64,000 nucleotides of DNA from NCBI GenBank assembly GCA_963709585.1, contig CAVPXI010000006.1, positions 256,001-320,000 of the forward strand. The letters are read 5' to 3'. The stretch comes from Candidatus Dormiibacterota bacterium (GTDB lineage Bacteria > Chloroflexota > Dormibacteria > Aeolococcales > Aeolococcaceae). This document shows, piece by piece, positions 27,101-40,762 of the stretch (its first letter is position 1; each line of letters opens with the position of its first letter). Below the pieces are notes generated by a model. The model was not told the origin of the DNA. It did no database searches and was given only the letters and a program-made list of their open reading frames with translations. A program made the translations under genes and the position numbers.

Positions 27101-29092
27101 GTGGCGATCGAGCCAGAGACGAGCCCAACGACCAGCGTTGGAAACGGCAATCCGGATCCGCGCCCCGCAGGCTCCGGCCGGGTCGGCAAGGACACGTACT
27201 CGGCCGACCAGATCCAGATCCTGGAGGGTCTCGAGCCGGTTCGCCGCCGCCCCGGGATGTACATCGGGTCCACAGATCTCCGTGGTCTTCACCACCTCGT
27301 GGTCGAGCTCGTTGACAACAGCATCGACGAGGCTCTCGCCGGTTGGTGCGACACGATCAAGGTGGTCCTCCACGCGGACAAATCCGTGTCGGTGCTGGAC
27401 AATGGTCGCGGCATCCCGGTGGGGATGCATCCGACCGCCAGGAAGTCCGCGCTCGAGGTTGTGCTGACCACCCTCCACGCGGGTGGAAAGTTCGGCGGCG
27501 GAGGCTACAAGGTCTCCGGCGGACTCCACGGTGTCGGTCTCTCGGTCGTCAACGCACTCAGTGAGCGTCTGCTGGTCGAGGTGTACCTCGATGGTGAGAC
27601 GCATCGCCAGGAGTACACCCGGGGCGTGCCCGACGGCCCCGTGGCCGTCGTCGGGACGACCGATCGCCGCGGCACCTACGTGCGGTTCTGGCCCGACCCC
27701 GAGATCTTCCCGGAGATCGAGTTCTCGTGGGACACGGTCTGCGATTCGCTGCGCAGCTACGCCTTTCTCAACAAGGGCATCACCATCCAGCTGGGCGACG
27801 AACGCGACGCCCGCGCGTACACATTCCATTTCGAGGGCGGCATCCAGTCGTTCGTCAGGTATCTCAACGCAAACCGCAACGTCATCAACCAGAAGCCGAT
27901 GTACGTGGAGCGGGAGATCGATGGCAATGTCGTCGAGATCGCGCTCCAGTATCAGAACACGGTGTTCACCGAGCACGTCCTCGCGTTCGCCAACAACGTC
28001 CACACCGAGGAAGGTGGCGCGCACGTGACCGGGTTCCGCAGCGCGTTGACGGCGACACTCAACAAGTACGCGCGCAAGGCCGCCATCCTCAAGGAGCAGG
28101 ACCCCAACCTCAGCGGTGATGACGTGCGCGACGGATTGACCGCGGTGATCAGCGTCAAGCTGCGCGAGCCCCAGTTCGAGGGTCAGACCAAGACCAAGCT
28201 GGGAAACAGCGAAGTCGCGGGCCAGGTCTCGACGGTGCTGAGCGAGGCGCTCATGCAATACCTCGAGGAGAATCCGACCGACGGCCGCAAGATCATCGAC
28301 CAGTCGCTCACGGCTGCGCGAGCGCGCCAGGCGGCCGCCAAGGCGCGCGACCTCGTCCAGCGCAAGTCGCTCCTCGAGTTGGCCACGCTGCCGGGGAAGC
28401 TCGTGGACTGCAGTGAGCGTGACCCGGCGCACTGCGAGATCTTCATCGTCGAAGGATTGTCCGCCGGCGGCACCGCCAAGGAGGCGCGCGAGCGCCGCAA
28501 CCAGGCGATCCTTCCGCTGCGCGGCAAGATCCTCAATGTCGAGAAGGCGCGAGCCGACAAGATCCTCGGTAACGAACAGATCAAGGACCTGATCATGGCG
28601 CTCGGCGGTGGATTCGGCGAGACCTTCAGCGTCGACAAGCTGCGCTATCACCGCATCGTGCTCATGGCCGACGCCGATGTCGACGGCTCGCACATCCGCA
28701 CCCTGTTGCTCACGTTCTTCTGGCGTCATCTGCGGCCGCTCGTCGACGGTGGGTTCCTCTACCTCGCGCAGCCACCGCTGTACAAGCTCGAGAAGGGCAA
28801 GGGTCGGAACAAGCAGACCGAGTACGCCTTCAGCGACGACCAGCGGGATGACAAGGTCAAGTCCATGGGCCGCGATACCGAGGTGTCGCGCTACAAGGGC
28901 CTCGGCGAGATGATGTCCGAGGAGTTGTGGGCAACCACCATGGACCCGGATCGCAGGGTTCTGCTCCAGGTCGGCGTTGCGGATGCGCTCAAGGCCGATG
29001 ACATCTTCGACCGCCTGATGGGGTCGGACGTCGAACCCCGCAAGCGTTTCATCCAGACCCACGCCACGAGCGTGCGCAACCTCGATATCTGA
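27101..29092 (+). CDS. gyrB: DNA gyrase subunit B
   Basis: [67 protein letters not shown]. Confidence 0.95.
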   Translation: MAIEPETSPTTSVGNGNPDPRPAGSGRVGKDTYSADQIQILEGLEPVRRRPGMYIGSTDLRGLHHLVVELVDNSIDEALAGWCDTIKVVLHADKSVSVLDNGRGIPVGMHPTARKSALEVVLTTLHAGGKFGGGGYKVSGGLHGVGLSVVNALSERLLVEVYLDGETHRQEYTRGVPDGPVAVVGTTDRRGTYVRFWPDPEIFPEIEFSWDTVCDSLRSYAFLNKGITIQLGDERDARAYTFHFEGGIQSFVRYLNANRNVINQKPMYVEREIDGNVVEIALQYQNTVFTEHVLAFANNVHTEEGGAHVTGFRSALTATLNKYARKAAILKEQDPNLSGDDVRDGLTAVISVKLREPQFEGQTKTKLGNSEVAGQVSTVLSEALMQYLEENPTDGRKIIDQSLTAARARQAAAKARDLVQRKSLLELATLPGKLVDCSERDPAHCEIFIVEGLSAGGTAKEARERRNQAILPLRGKILNVEKARADKILGNEQIKDLIMALGGGFGETFSVDKLRYHRIVLMADADVDGSHIRTLLLTFFWRHLRPLVDGGFLYLAQPPLYKLEKGKGRNKQTEYAFSDDQRDDKVKSMGRDTEVSRYKGLGEMMSEELWATTMDPDRRVLLQVGVADALKADDIFDRLMGSDVEPRKRFIQTHATSVRNLDI

Positions 29093-30104
29093 TGCCGCTT
29101 CCGATCGCGGTCGACGCGATGGGCGGCGACCAGGCCCCAGCCGAGATCGTCCGCGGCGCGCTCCGCGCAGTCAACGAGCACGGCATCGCGGTCACCCTGG
29201 TCGGCCAGCGCGAAGTGGTCGAACAGGAGCTTCGCGCAGCGGGGGCCTCCACTCCAGGTGGGATCGACATCGTCGACGCCCGCGACGTCATCGAGATGAA
29301 CGAGCACCCGGCGAGCGCGGTGCGTGCCAAGCGCGACTCGTCGCTGGTGAGCAGCTGCGCCCTGGTCGCCGGCGCCCGGGCGCGTGCGGTCGTCAGTGCC
29401 GGCAACAGCGGGGCAATGCTCGCCGCCGCGCTCTTCACCATCAGGCGGATCCCCGGGGTTGCCCGGCCCGCCATCGGCGCCTCCTTCCCCAGCGATGCCG
29501 GGCAGACCTTCATCCTGGATGTTGGTGCCAACACCGACTGCAAGCCGGAGTGGCTCGCGCAGTTCGCGCTGATGGGTGACGTCTACGCTCAGACCATGCT
29601 CGCCATCCCCCGTCCCCGTGTCGCGTTGCTCAGCAACGGCGAGGAGGCCGAGAAGGGTTCGGAACTGGTCCAGGCGGCTCACCCGCTGATCGCGGCGCTG
29701 CCGATCCAGTTCGTCGGCAACGTCGAAGGCAAGGACATCTTTCGCGGCTCGTGCGACGTGGTGGTCACCGATGGTTTCACCGGTAACGTCGTGCTCAAGG
29801 CGGCCGAGGGTATCGGCGAGTTCCTGTTCGCGAGCATCGCCCGCGAGGCACGCAAGTCGTTCGCCGGCAAACTCGGCGGCGCGCTCCTCAAGCCGAGATT
29901 GCGCCCGCTGCGCGACCGGATCGACTACCGGAAGACCGGCGGAGCGCTCCTACTCGGTGTCGCCGGCGAGGTCGTGATCGCCCACGGGCGATCCGATGCA
30001 GAAGCGACCATGAACGCGATTCGAGTCGCTGCCCGCGCGGCCGAACAGGGTGTCAGCAAACTGATCGCGGGCGCAGTGAGCAGCCCAGCGGAGGTGCCCG
30101 CGTA

Positions 30105-30105
<1 letters not shown>
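29092..30105 (+). CDS. plsX: Phosphate acyltransferase
   Basis: IAVDAMGGD.AP, SAGNSGA, LDVGAN, NGEE..KG, GNVEG, DGFTGN, AHGRS. Confidence 0.96.
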
Positions 30106-32559
<2,454 letters not shown>

Positions 32560-32563
<4 letters not shown>

Positions 32564-34233
32564 CCGAGATCTTCCGTCTCGCCAACTCGTACGTCGACGA
32601 GCTCTGCGCGCTCGACCCATTCACCGCCACCTACCTCGGCCGACCCGAGCACGACGACGAGGTCACCGACTACTCGCCCGACGGCGTCGATGCGCGGGTC
32701 GACCTTGCCGGCCGGACGCTTCGAGCCCTCGCCCAGGCGACCGTCGAGAACGATGCCGATCGCATCGCCGCGGCGGTCATACGCGACCGGCTGGAGGCCG
32801 AGGTCGAGGGGTACCAGGCAGGCGCCCCATGGCGCCAGCTCTCCAATTTCAACTCTCCGATCTCCTTCATCCGGATGGCGTTCGACCTTTGCCCTCGGGA
32901 TATGCCCGAGGACTGGGAGCGGATCGCGACCCGCATGAGCCGGATTCCCGACGCGCTCGACGGCTTCACCGCATCACTGCGGCATGGGCTCGCGAACGGT
33001 TTGATCGCCCCGCGCCGCCAGGCCATGGTCTGCGCCGGCCAGGCTGCAACGCTCGGTGGTCTCGACTCCGATGACCCGCCCTACTTCGCCGGCATCGCCG
33101 CCGAGGTGGCGCACGACGACGCGATGGCCCGCAGGCTTCGCCAGAGCGCGCAAGCGGCAACCTCGGCCTACGCGGCGATGTCGACCTTCATGCGCGAGGA
33201 GTACGCGCCGCAAGCCCCCGTGGGTGACGCCGTCGGGCGCGAGCTCTATGCCATCGGCATGCGTCGGTGGCTCGGCATGACCCGCGACCCGGAGGAGATC
33301 TACGCCTGGGGCTGGGACGAGCTGCACCGCATCGAAGCCGAGATGGCCGTGACCGCCGAGCAGATCGGTCCCGGCGCCGGTGTCGCCGGCGCGATGGCGG
33401 TGCTCCGCGACGACCCCGCGCGCAGCATCGAGGGCATCGACAGGCTGCTCGCCCATCTCCAGGAGTTGACCGATCGGACCATCGCGGATCTCGACGGCAC
33501 GCATTTCGACATCCCCGAGCCGCTGCATCGCGTCGAATGCCGGGAGGCGCCTCCGGGCACCGCGGCGGCGATGTACTACACAGCACCTTCGGCGGACTTC
33601 AGCCGGCCGGGGCGCACGTGGTACCCGGCCAAAGGGCAGACCCGGTTTCCGCTCTGGACCGAGGTGACCACCGCATACCACGAAGGCGTTCCCGGGCATC
33701 ACCTGCAAATCGGGCTCTGCATGACGTTCCAGGAGCGGCTGGCCACGTTTCAGCGCCAGCTGGGAACGTATGCCGGTCACGGCGAGGGATGGGCGCTGTA
33801 CGCCGAGCGGCTGATGCAGGAGCTCGGCTACCTCCAGAACCCCGATTACCTGCTCGGCATGCTCGCCTCCCAGGCGTTCCGCGCCATGCGCGTCATCGTC
33901 GATATCGGGCTGCACCTCCAGCTCCCGATTCCGACCAACGAGACCTACCGTCCCGGGCGGGTCTGGGACTGGGATACGGCGCTGCCGTTCGTCAGCCGGT
34001 ATTGCGGGTTCGCGGGACCCGATATGGCGCGTAGCGAGCTCGAGCGCTATTGCGGGATGCCCGCCCAGGCGATCAGCTACAAAGTGGGCGAGCGAGTCTG
34101 GCTCGACGTCCGCGCCCAACTCCGAGCCAGGCTCGGCTCGGCGTTCGACCTGAAGCGATTCCACATGGAAGCGCTCAATGTCGGATCGCTGCCACTCGAT
34201 CGGCTCGAGCGGGAGTTGCTCGGAACCAACTGA
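32560..34233 (+). CDS. DUF885 family protein (putative metallopeptidase)
   Basis: YHEGVPGHHLQ, EGWALYAE, RVIVDIGLH, RY..MPAQAISYKVG, FDLKRFH. Confidence 0.9.
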
Positions 34234-34250
34234 CCCGCGCCCGTCGGGTC
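34231..34250. terminator. Hairpin between convergent genes
   Basis: TGACCCG...CGGGTCA inverted repeat at the DUF885 stop; no U-tract. Confidence 0.35.
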
Positions 34251-34341
34251 AGGGAGGGTTGGTTTGGGGGCGCTCCTGCACCCCGTCACCAGTCCGAGTG
34301 TGCCGGGCCGGACGCTCATGCCCGGGCCTGGCGGACGATCG

Positions 34342-34488
34342 CTAGGCGGCCTTGCCGATCTTGAAGATCTTGGTGCCGCAGACGGGGCAGGTGCCGGTGG
34401 TCGCCGGTTTGCCGTTCTTCATCGTGATCGCCTCAGCGCCCTTGATCTCGCGCTGTTCCTTGCATTTGAGGCAATAGCCAGTGGCCAT
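34342..34488 (-). CDS. 48-aa basic zinc-ribbon protein (DUF5679-like); absent from the ORF track
   Basis: GGAGGAG RBS; MATGYCLKCKEQREIKGAEAITMKNGKPATTGTCPVCGTKIFKIGKAA; upstream TAGAAT. Confidence 0.88.
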   Translation of the reverse strand: MATGYCLKCKEQREIKGAEAITMKNGKPATTGTCPVCGTKIFKIGKAA

Positions 34489-34630
34489 GTGCTCCTCCGG
34501 GGTGGTGGGGGTGGTTCTGCGACTGCTCGGAGGCAGGTTGCGGGCATTCTAAGCACATCAGGCCCGAATTGGAGCCGAACTCAGCCCGGGGCCCCGGCCG
34601 GGGCCGTCAGATAAGCCCCTGCGGGCGTGG

Positions 34631-35335
34631 TCACACCGGGGCAACCGTGGTGGCGAGATGAGTCCGGAAGAAGGCTCGAGTCCGGTCCCAGGCCAGGCGC
34701 GCGGCGTCCGCGTCGTGGACATCCGGGCGGGTGTCGTTGAAGAACGCGTGATCGGCACCCGCGTACCAGAAGAACTCGACATCGACGCCGGCGCCGCGAA
34801 GCTCGGCCTCGAGCGCATCGACCTGCTCAGGCGTATATGCCTCGTCCTTTTCCGCGAAGTGGCCGAGCACCGCGCCCTTGATCTTGGTGACGTCCGGCTT
34901 GGCAGCGGCAGTGACGCCCATGTATGGATAGAACGGGACCACGGCCGCGAAGACGTCGCTCAGGGTTGCGGCGTAGATGGCGAGGGCGCCGCCCATGCAG
35001 AAGCCGACGATGCCGACCCGGTCCCCGGCGGTGCGCTCGCTCGCTGCCAGCCACTTGCCGGCCCCGAGCATGTCGCGCGCGGCCTCGGCGAGGTCGAGTT
35101 CCATGAGCAACTTGCCCGCCTCATCCGGCTCCTTGGTCTCCTTGCCGTGGTACAGGTCCGGAGCCAGGGCGACGAACCCTTCGGCGGCAAACCGGTCGCA
35201 GAGATCGCGGATGTGCGCGTTGACTCCCCACCACTCCTGGATGACCACGACGCCCGGTCCCCGGCCGCTCGGAGGGGTCGCGAGGTATCCGCCGCAGGTG
35301 TGTCCGTTGCTGGGAAACTCAACCGTCTCGCCCAT
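34631..35335 (-). CDS. Dienelactone hydrolase family protein
   Basis: VIQEWWG, APDLYHG, GFCMGG, HAFFND; AAGGAG RBS. Confidence 0.93.
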   Translation of the reverse strand: MGETVEFPSNGHTCGGYLATPPSGRGPGVVVIQEWWGVNAHIRDLCDRFAAEGFVALAPDLYHGKETKEPDEAGKLLMELDLAEAARDMLGAGKWLAASERTAGDRVGIVGFCMGGALAIYAATLSDVFAAVVPFYPYMGVTAAAKPDVTKIKGAVLGHFAEKDEAYTPEQVDALEAELRGAGVDVEFFWYAGADHAFFNDTRPDVHDADAARLAWDRTRAFFRTHLATTVAPV

Positions 35336-35411
35336 TGCTCACTCCTTCATCGCATGCAGTTCTCTCGCGTCACTGTGGCGCAGCCCGGCGACCGCGAGCG
35401 CGAACGCCGGC

Positions 35412-37487
35412 TCATGCTGCCGAATGCTCGTTGGTGTGTGTCTCGATGAGCTTTTGAGCGACGTGCGCCGGCACCTCCTCGTAGCTCGAGAATGCCATCG
35501 AATATCTGCCGCGCCCCTGGGTCATCGCGCGCAGTTCGACCGGGAATGTGTACATCTCCGCTTGGGGGACATGCGCGTTGATCTCGGCTCGCCCGTCACC
35601 GAGAGGATTCACGCCACCGACGCGACCGCGCTTTGAGTTGAGCAGTCCCATGATGTCGCCCGTGAAGCGCTCGGGGACGGTGACGTTGACGTTCATGATC
35701 GGTTCGAGGATGACCGGGGAGGCCTTCTGTACCGCTTCGCGCATCGCCATCGCCCCCGCGATCTGAAAGGCGATGTCCTTGCCGTCAACGCTGTGCGTCG
35801 AGCCATCGACCAGGCGCACCCTGATGTCGACGATCGGGTTCCCGGTCACCGCTCCCTGCTCCATGGTCTGGCGAACACCCTTCTCGACCGACGGCCGGAA
35901 CTGGTGGGGGATCGATCCGCCGAAGATCTTGTCCTCCCATTCGTAGCCGCCACCGCGAGGCAGCGGCTCGATCTCGATCGTCGCGTCGCCGTAGAGGCCG
36001 GCGCCGCCCGACTGCTTCTTGTACTTGTGGCCGACGCGAGCGGTGCCGGTGATGGTTTCGCGATACGGGATCTTGGGCGGATGCAGCTCGGCGTCCACGC
36101 CGAACTTTCGCTTCATACGCTCCAGCGCGACATCGAGGTGCACGTCGCCGAGGCCGTGGACGAGGACCTCGTTGGTCACCGGGTCGCGGTCGGTGGAGAA
36201 GGTCGCGTCCTCCTCCGTCAGACGAGCGAGCGCGCTCATGATCTTGTCCTCGTCGCCCTTGGAGCGAGCGACGATCGCCGCCGAGGCGGTCGCGGCCGGC
36301 CACGGCAGCGGTGCCAGCAGCACCGGGGCATCCTTCGCGCAGAGGGTGTCGCCGGTCTGCGTATGGGTCAGCTTGGTGACCACGCCGATGTCGCCCGCGA
36401 CCACCTCGGTGGCGGTGACGATCGCTTTGCCGTTGGGCTGGCCGAGCTGCGCGAAACGTTCCTCCTGACCGAGGCGCGCCGTGATCGGATGGCTGTCGCC
36501 GCGCATGGTGCCGCGCAGCACCTTGAAGAACGAGACCTTGCCGAAGGTGTCGACGGTGGTCTTGAAGACGAACGCACACAGCTTGCCGCTCGGGTCGCAC
36601 GCGAGGGCGACGTCGTTGCCCTTCGGGTCCTGGCCGGCACGCGTGCGCTCGGTCGGCGCCGGGAGATATCGAACGATGCTGTCGAGCACCATCGCAGCGC
36701 CCTTCTCCGTCGCCGCGGATGCGCACACGATCGGCACCAGCGTGCCGCGCGCGGTCGCGGCGTGGAGCGCGCCCCGCACCTCGTCGTCGGTGAGCTCGGT
36801 GCCCTCGAGATACTTCTCGAGCAGCGCATCGTCACTCTCGGCGGCGGCGTCGACGAGCGCGGCGTGCGCTCGTTCGATCTCGATGCTCATCTCGTCCGGC
36901 ACGGCTGTGTCGGTGGCGCGGCCGTGGTCGTCGAAGGCATGCGCGCGGTCGTCGACGAGGTCGACGTATCCCCGGAACCCATCGGCCGCCCCGATCGGCA
37001 CCGCAACCGCGATCGGCTTTCGCGAGAAGGCCTCGCGGAGCGCGTCGACGGTCGCTTCGTAGGCGGCGTTCTCCTTGTCCATGCGGTTCACCACGATCAG
37101 CGCGGGGACCCCGGCCGCCTGGATCATCTCCCAGGCCATCTCGGCGCCCACCGGTACGATCCCGGTGGCGGCGACGACCAGGATGGCCGCGTCGGCCACG
37201 GCCAGGCCCTCGACCACCTCGCCGGCGAAGTCCTGGAACCCGGGAGCGTCGATCAGGTTCACCCGGGAGCCGTCCCAGTCGCAGTGCGCGACCGACAGCC
37301 CGATGCTCATCGAGTGGCGCTGCTCCTCGGGCTCGTGGTCGAAGAGCGACGTCGCCTGCTCGGTCGAGCCCATGCGCTGGGTTGCGCCGGCGGTGTGCAG
37401 CAACGCCTCGCAGAGAGTCGTCTTCCCGTCGTGGCTGTGACCGACGACGGCGACTGTGCGGATGCGATCAGGTGTGGGCGTCGGCAT
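35412..37487 (-). CDS. Elongation factor G paralog (EF-G2/FusA2)
   Basis: GHSHDGKTT, DAPG, NRMD, PYRETI, KKQSGG, ILEPI; divergent G2 region; not in an str operon. Confidence 0.9.
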   Translation of the reverse strand: MPTPTPDRIRTVAVVGHSHDGKTTLCEALLHTAGATQRMGSTEQATSLFDHEPEEQRHSMSIGLSVAHCDWDGSRVNLIDAPGFQDFAGEVVEGLAVADAAILVVAATGIVPVGAEMAWEMIQAAGVPALIVVNRMDKENAAYEATVDALREAFSRKPIAVAVPIGAADGFRGYVDLVDDRAHAFDDHGRATDTAVPDEMSIEIERAHAALVDAAAESDDALLEKYLEGTELTDDEVRGALHAATARGTLVPIVCASAATEKGAAMVLDSIVRYLPAPTERTRAGQDPKGNDVALACDPSGKLCAFVFKTTVDTFGKVSFFKVLRGTMRGDSHPITARLGQEERFAQLGQPNGKAIVTATEVVAGDIGVVTKLTHTQTGDTLCAKDAPVLLAPLPWPAATASAAIVARSKGDEDKIMSALARLTEEDATFSTDRDPVTNEVLVHGLGDVHLDVALERMKRKFGVDAELHPPKIPYRETITGTARVGHKYKKQSGGAGLYGDATIEIEPLPRGGGYEWEDKIFGGSIPHQFRPSVEKGVRQTMEQGAVTGNPIVDIRVRLVDGSTHSVDGKDIAFQIAGAMAMREAVQKASPVILEPIMNVNVTVPERFTGDIMGLLNSKRGRVGGVNPLGDGRAEINAHVPQAEMYTFPVELRAMTQGRGRYSMAFSSYEEVPAHVAQKLIETHTNEHSAA

Positions 37488-37564
37488 GGTGAATCAACTC
37501 CAGACAGGATTCCCGGACCGAAGGAACGAATGGTAGCGGCTCGCACGGCCCGTCGAGGGGCGCG

Positions 37565-38416
37565 TCAGTGCTGCCGGCGGCGCGCCACCACGAGCACCGT
37601 TTCGGAGAGCGCATGAGCCGCCGAGCCGCTCCACCCGTCGAACATCGTGACGTCGGGAAGCCCGGCTCGGGCGAAGAGGCGCGGGATCGATCCGAAGGGG
37701 CACAGCCAGCCGCTCGTCTGCCGCACCGACACCGAGCCGTCATCGAAGATCGCGACCTCTCGAAGCACGTAGGTGTGGCGGCGCTGGTCGTAGACGGCGT
37801 CGCCGAGGAGCAGGTGGCGCCGGTCGGACAGCAGCGAGTTGGGCACTACGTCCCACCAGTCGATCCGGCCGGGCGGCTGCTCCGGGCGGAGGCGCAATTC
37901 CGCGATCAGGGACCCGTGCGGCGCGAGGGACGCCGCGATCCGAGCCAGCACCTTGGGCTGCTCCAGCCGCGAGAACGCCTCGAGGACGAAGTACACGAGC
38001 AGCGCCGCGTCGAATCGCCCGGCTGGGAGCGGTACATCGCGCAGGTCCCCGGCGACGAAGCGAGCTCTCCCGAGCAGAGGCGCGTCCCGCGCCAGGCCGC
38101 GCGCGTGGCGGAGCGCGGCGGTGCTCACGTCGATGCCGGTCACATCGTGACCCAGGGCGGCGAGCGGCACCGCGTACAGCCCTGGGCCGCATCCGGCGTC
38201 GAGGATCCGCGCCGGCGGTGTCGGGAGGAGCCGGCGCAGGCGTCGAACCTGCCCGGCAATCACCGACCGCCTCCGGCTCGCGCCGTCGTGGGATTGGTCG
38301 AGGTGCTCACGCAGCAGGCGTCGCGCGAACTCCGGGCGTCCCCAGTCCAACTCTGCAGCGAAGTCGAAGGGGACGGGCCACGGCGGGATGGTTGTCGGAC
38401 GGAGCCTGCGCGGCAT
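37565..38416 (-). CDS. Class I SAM-dependent methyltransferase
   Basis: LREHLDQSHDGASRR, ILDAGCGPG, GIDVS; start uncertain (38416 or 38437). Confidence 0.88.
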   Translation of the reverse strand: MPRRLRPTTIPPWPVPFDFAAELDWGRPEFARRLLREHLDQSHDGASRRRSVIAGQVRRLRRLLPTPPARILDAGCGPGLYAVPLAALGHDVTGIDVSTAALRHARGLARDAPLLGRARFVAGDLRDVPLPAGRFDAALLVYFVLEAFSRLEQPKVLARIAASLAPHGSLIAELRLRPEQPPGRIDWWDVVPNSLLSDRRHLLLGDAVYDQRRHTYVLREVAIFDDGSVSVRQTSGWLCPFGSIPRLFARAGLPDVTMFDGWSGSAAHALSETVLVVARRRQH

Positions 38417-38448
38417 GTCCGCGGCAGCGTAGGCCACAATCCCCGGCG

Positions 38449-39060
38449 ATGGGCGGCGTCATCGGCCAGTGGGTGACCAGCGGAGGACTGTTCATCGTGC
38501 TCGTGCTGATGCTCGTCAACAGCTGCGGCGTGCCCTTCCCGAGCGAGGTGATCATGCCCGTGGCGGGGGTGCTCGCGGCCGCCGGTCACTTCAGCATCGT
38601 CCTGGTGATCATTGCCGGGGTCGCCGGCAACTGGCTCGGGGCGCTGCTTGCGTATTCGCTGGCCCGGCGCTTCGGCCGCCCCCTGCTGCTCGGTCCGGGA
38701 CGTCGCATCGGCATCAAACCGAGACACCTCGACCTCGCCGACCACTGGATCGACCGCTACGGGCTGGCAGCGGTCTTCTTCGGGAGAATGCTCCCGGTGA
38801 TCCACACGTACATCTCGTTCCCAGCCGGGCTCGCGAAGATGCAGCCGGTCTGGTTCGCCGGGCTTTCGCTGCTCGGATCCACCGTCTGGGTCACCTTTCT
38901 CGCGATCCTCGGGTACGAGGTCGGGGCGAACTACACCAAGGTGTCGGGTCCGATCGGCACGGCAGCAATCGTTATCGCTGTGATCGTGGTGGTCGTGGTG
39001 GTCGTCTGGTACGTCCGTGGTCGGGGACGAGACGCACCACCGTCACCCGCCGGCGGTTAG
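38449..39060 (+). CDS. DedA family membrane protein
   Basis: PFPSEVIMP.AG, FFGRMLP, ISFPAG. Confidence 0.92.
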   Translation: MGGVIGQWVTSGGLFIVLVLMLVNSCGVPFPSEVIMPVAGVLAAAGHFSIVLVIIAGVAGNWLGALLAYSLARRFGRPLLLGPGRRIGIKPRHLDLADHWIDRYGLAAVFFGRMLPVIHTYISFPAGLAKMQPVWFAGLSLLGSTVWVTFLAILGYEVGANYTKVSGPIGTAAIVIAVIVVVVVVVWYVRGRGRDAPPSPAGG

Positions 39061-39067
39061 CGCCGGG

Positions 39068-39283
39068 TCAGGACATGTCCGGCCACGGGCTCGCGGCGTC
39101 TGCTTCGCCGTCATCACCCTCGGCCCGCTGGCGGTAGCGGTCGGCGACCATCTTGTACGCGACCGTCTTGGGGAGGCCCAGCTTGACGAGGCTCTTGACC
39201 TCGTCGGCCATCACCTTGTCGCGGGCGGTCTCGATCGACGCGACGAGATCCTCAATGGAAACTGTGGAAGCGCGCTTGGACAT
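39068..39283 (-). CDS. Small hypothetical helical protein (71 aa)
   Basis: MSKRASTVSIEDLVASIE...; TAGACT 7 nt upstream; codon use like real genes. Confidence 0.65.
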   Translation of the reverse strand: MSKRASTVSIEDLVASIETARDKVMADEVKSLVKLGLPKTVAYKMVADRYRQRAEGDDGEADAASPWPDMS

Positions 39284-39388
39284 CACCTGCAGTCTACCAA
39301 CGGTTCGGCGGAGCAAACCTCCCGGCCCTGAGCCGGGCGGTGGGCTCGCGCCTCCCGGGCACCTCCCGTGGCCCGGCATACTTTGAGC

Positions 39389-40762
39389 ATGGCGTATCTC
39401 CCCAACTCCGATGCCGAACGTCGCGAGATGCTCGATGCGGTCGGGGCGGCGTCGGACGCGGACCTGTTCACCACGGTTCCAGCCGTCCTGCGCAACCCTC
39501 GCATCGACCTCCCGCCCCCGCTCTCCGAGCAGGACCTGGTCGCCGAGCTCGAACGGCTCGCCGCGCGAAACCGATCGCTGAGCGTCTTCGACAGCTTCCT
39601 GGGCGCCGGCGTCTATCGCCGCTTCAGCCCGGCAATCGTGCGCGGCACGATCTCGCGGCCCGAGTTCTACACGGCGTACACGCCGTACCAGGCCGAGGCG
39701 TCGCAGGGGACCCTGCAGACGATCTTCGAGTTCCAGTCGATGATCTGCGCGTTGACCGGGCTCGACGTCGCCAACGCCTCGCTCTACGACGGCGCCACCG
39801 CAGCCGCGGAGGCGATGGTCATCGCCGTCCAGGCGACCGGTCGCACCCGTATCGCCGTCGCCGACAGCGTCCATCCCGAGACCATCGCCGTGCTCCGCAC
39901 CTTCGGCGAAGGACGGCATATCGCCATCGATGTGATCGCAACCGGCGACGGGGTGCTCGCGCTCGAGACCGTTCGCGAGACGCTCACCGCGGAGCACGCC
40001 GCGCTCCTGGTGCAGTACCCGAGCTTCGCGGGCACGATCCAGGACCTCGCACCGCTCGCCCAGGCCGCCCACGATGCCGGCGCTCTGGCCATCTGCGCGA
40101 CCGACCTGCACGCCTGCGCGCTCCTGACGCCCCCCGGTGAGAGCGGATTCGATGTCGCCGTCGGGGACGGACAGCCACTCGGTATCCCGGCCTCGTTCGG
40201 CGGACCGCACGTCGGCTTCATGGCGGTCGCGCAGGCGCAGATGCGACGTATCCCGGGTCGCCTCGTCGGCATGACGTTGGACCACAACGAGCGGCGCGCC
40301 TACACCCTGACCCTGCAGGCGCGGGAGCAGCACATCCGCCGCGAGCACGCGACTTCCAACATCTGCACCAACCACGCGCTGATCGCGCTCGCCGCCACGG
40401 TGTACATGGCGCACATGGGCGCCGGCGGGATGCGTGCGGTTGCCGAGGTGAGCGCACAGCGCGCCCACCACCTTGCGGATCGCCTCAGCGCCATCGACGG
40501 ACTCTCGCTCGCCAATCCGTCGACTCCCTTTCTCTGGGAGTTCGTGCTACGCACGCCTGGCAGCGCGTCGTCGTTCGCGAGCGCGTTGCGTCAGCGTGGC
40601 ATCGTCGCGGGATTGCCGCTTGGACGCATCGACGCCACGCGTGAGAACGAGCTGCTCGTGTGTTGCACCGAGCTCACGACCCCGGCGGCGATCGACCGTT
40701 ACGCCGCCGCGGCTGCAGCCGTGGTTGCCGCGGAACGCACAGTTGCGATGGCACACGCATGA
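39389..40762 (+). CDS. gcvPA: Glycine dehydrogenase (decarboxylating) subunit 1
   Basis: FLGAG, EFYTAYTPYQAEASQG, NASLYDGA, FGGP, REQHIRRE.ATSNICTN. Confidence 0.96.
   Translation: MAYLPNSDAERREMLDAVGAASDADLFTTVPAVLRNPRIDLPPPLSEQDLVAELERLAARNRSLSVFDSFLGAGVYRRFSPAIVRGTISRPEFYTAYTPYQAEASQGTLQTIFEFQSMICALTGLDVANASLYDGATAAAEAMVIAVQATGRTRIAVADSVHPETIAVLRTFGEGRHIAIDVIATGDGVLALETVRETLTAEHAALLVQYPSFAGTIQDLAPLAQAAHDAGALAICATDLHACALLTPPGESGFDVAVGDGQPLGIPASFGGPHVGFMAVAQAQMRRIPGRLVGMTLDHNERRAYTLTLQAREQHIRREHATSNICTNHALIALAATVYMAHMGAGGMRAVAEVSAQRAHHLADRLSAIDGLSLANPSTPFLWEFVLRTPGSASSFASALRQRGIVAGLPLGRIDATRENELLVCCTELTTPAAIDRYAAAAAAVVAAERTVAMAHA

Noticed and set aside
39284-39388. Glycine riboswitch upstream of gcvPA
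   Set aside because: The gap is only ~105 bp, the aptamer consensus is absent, and a -10 element sits 6 nt before the ATG.
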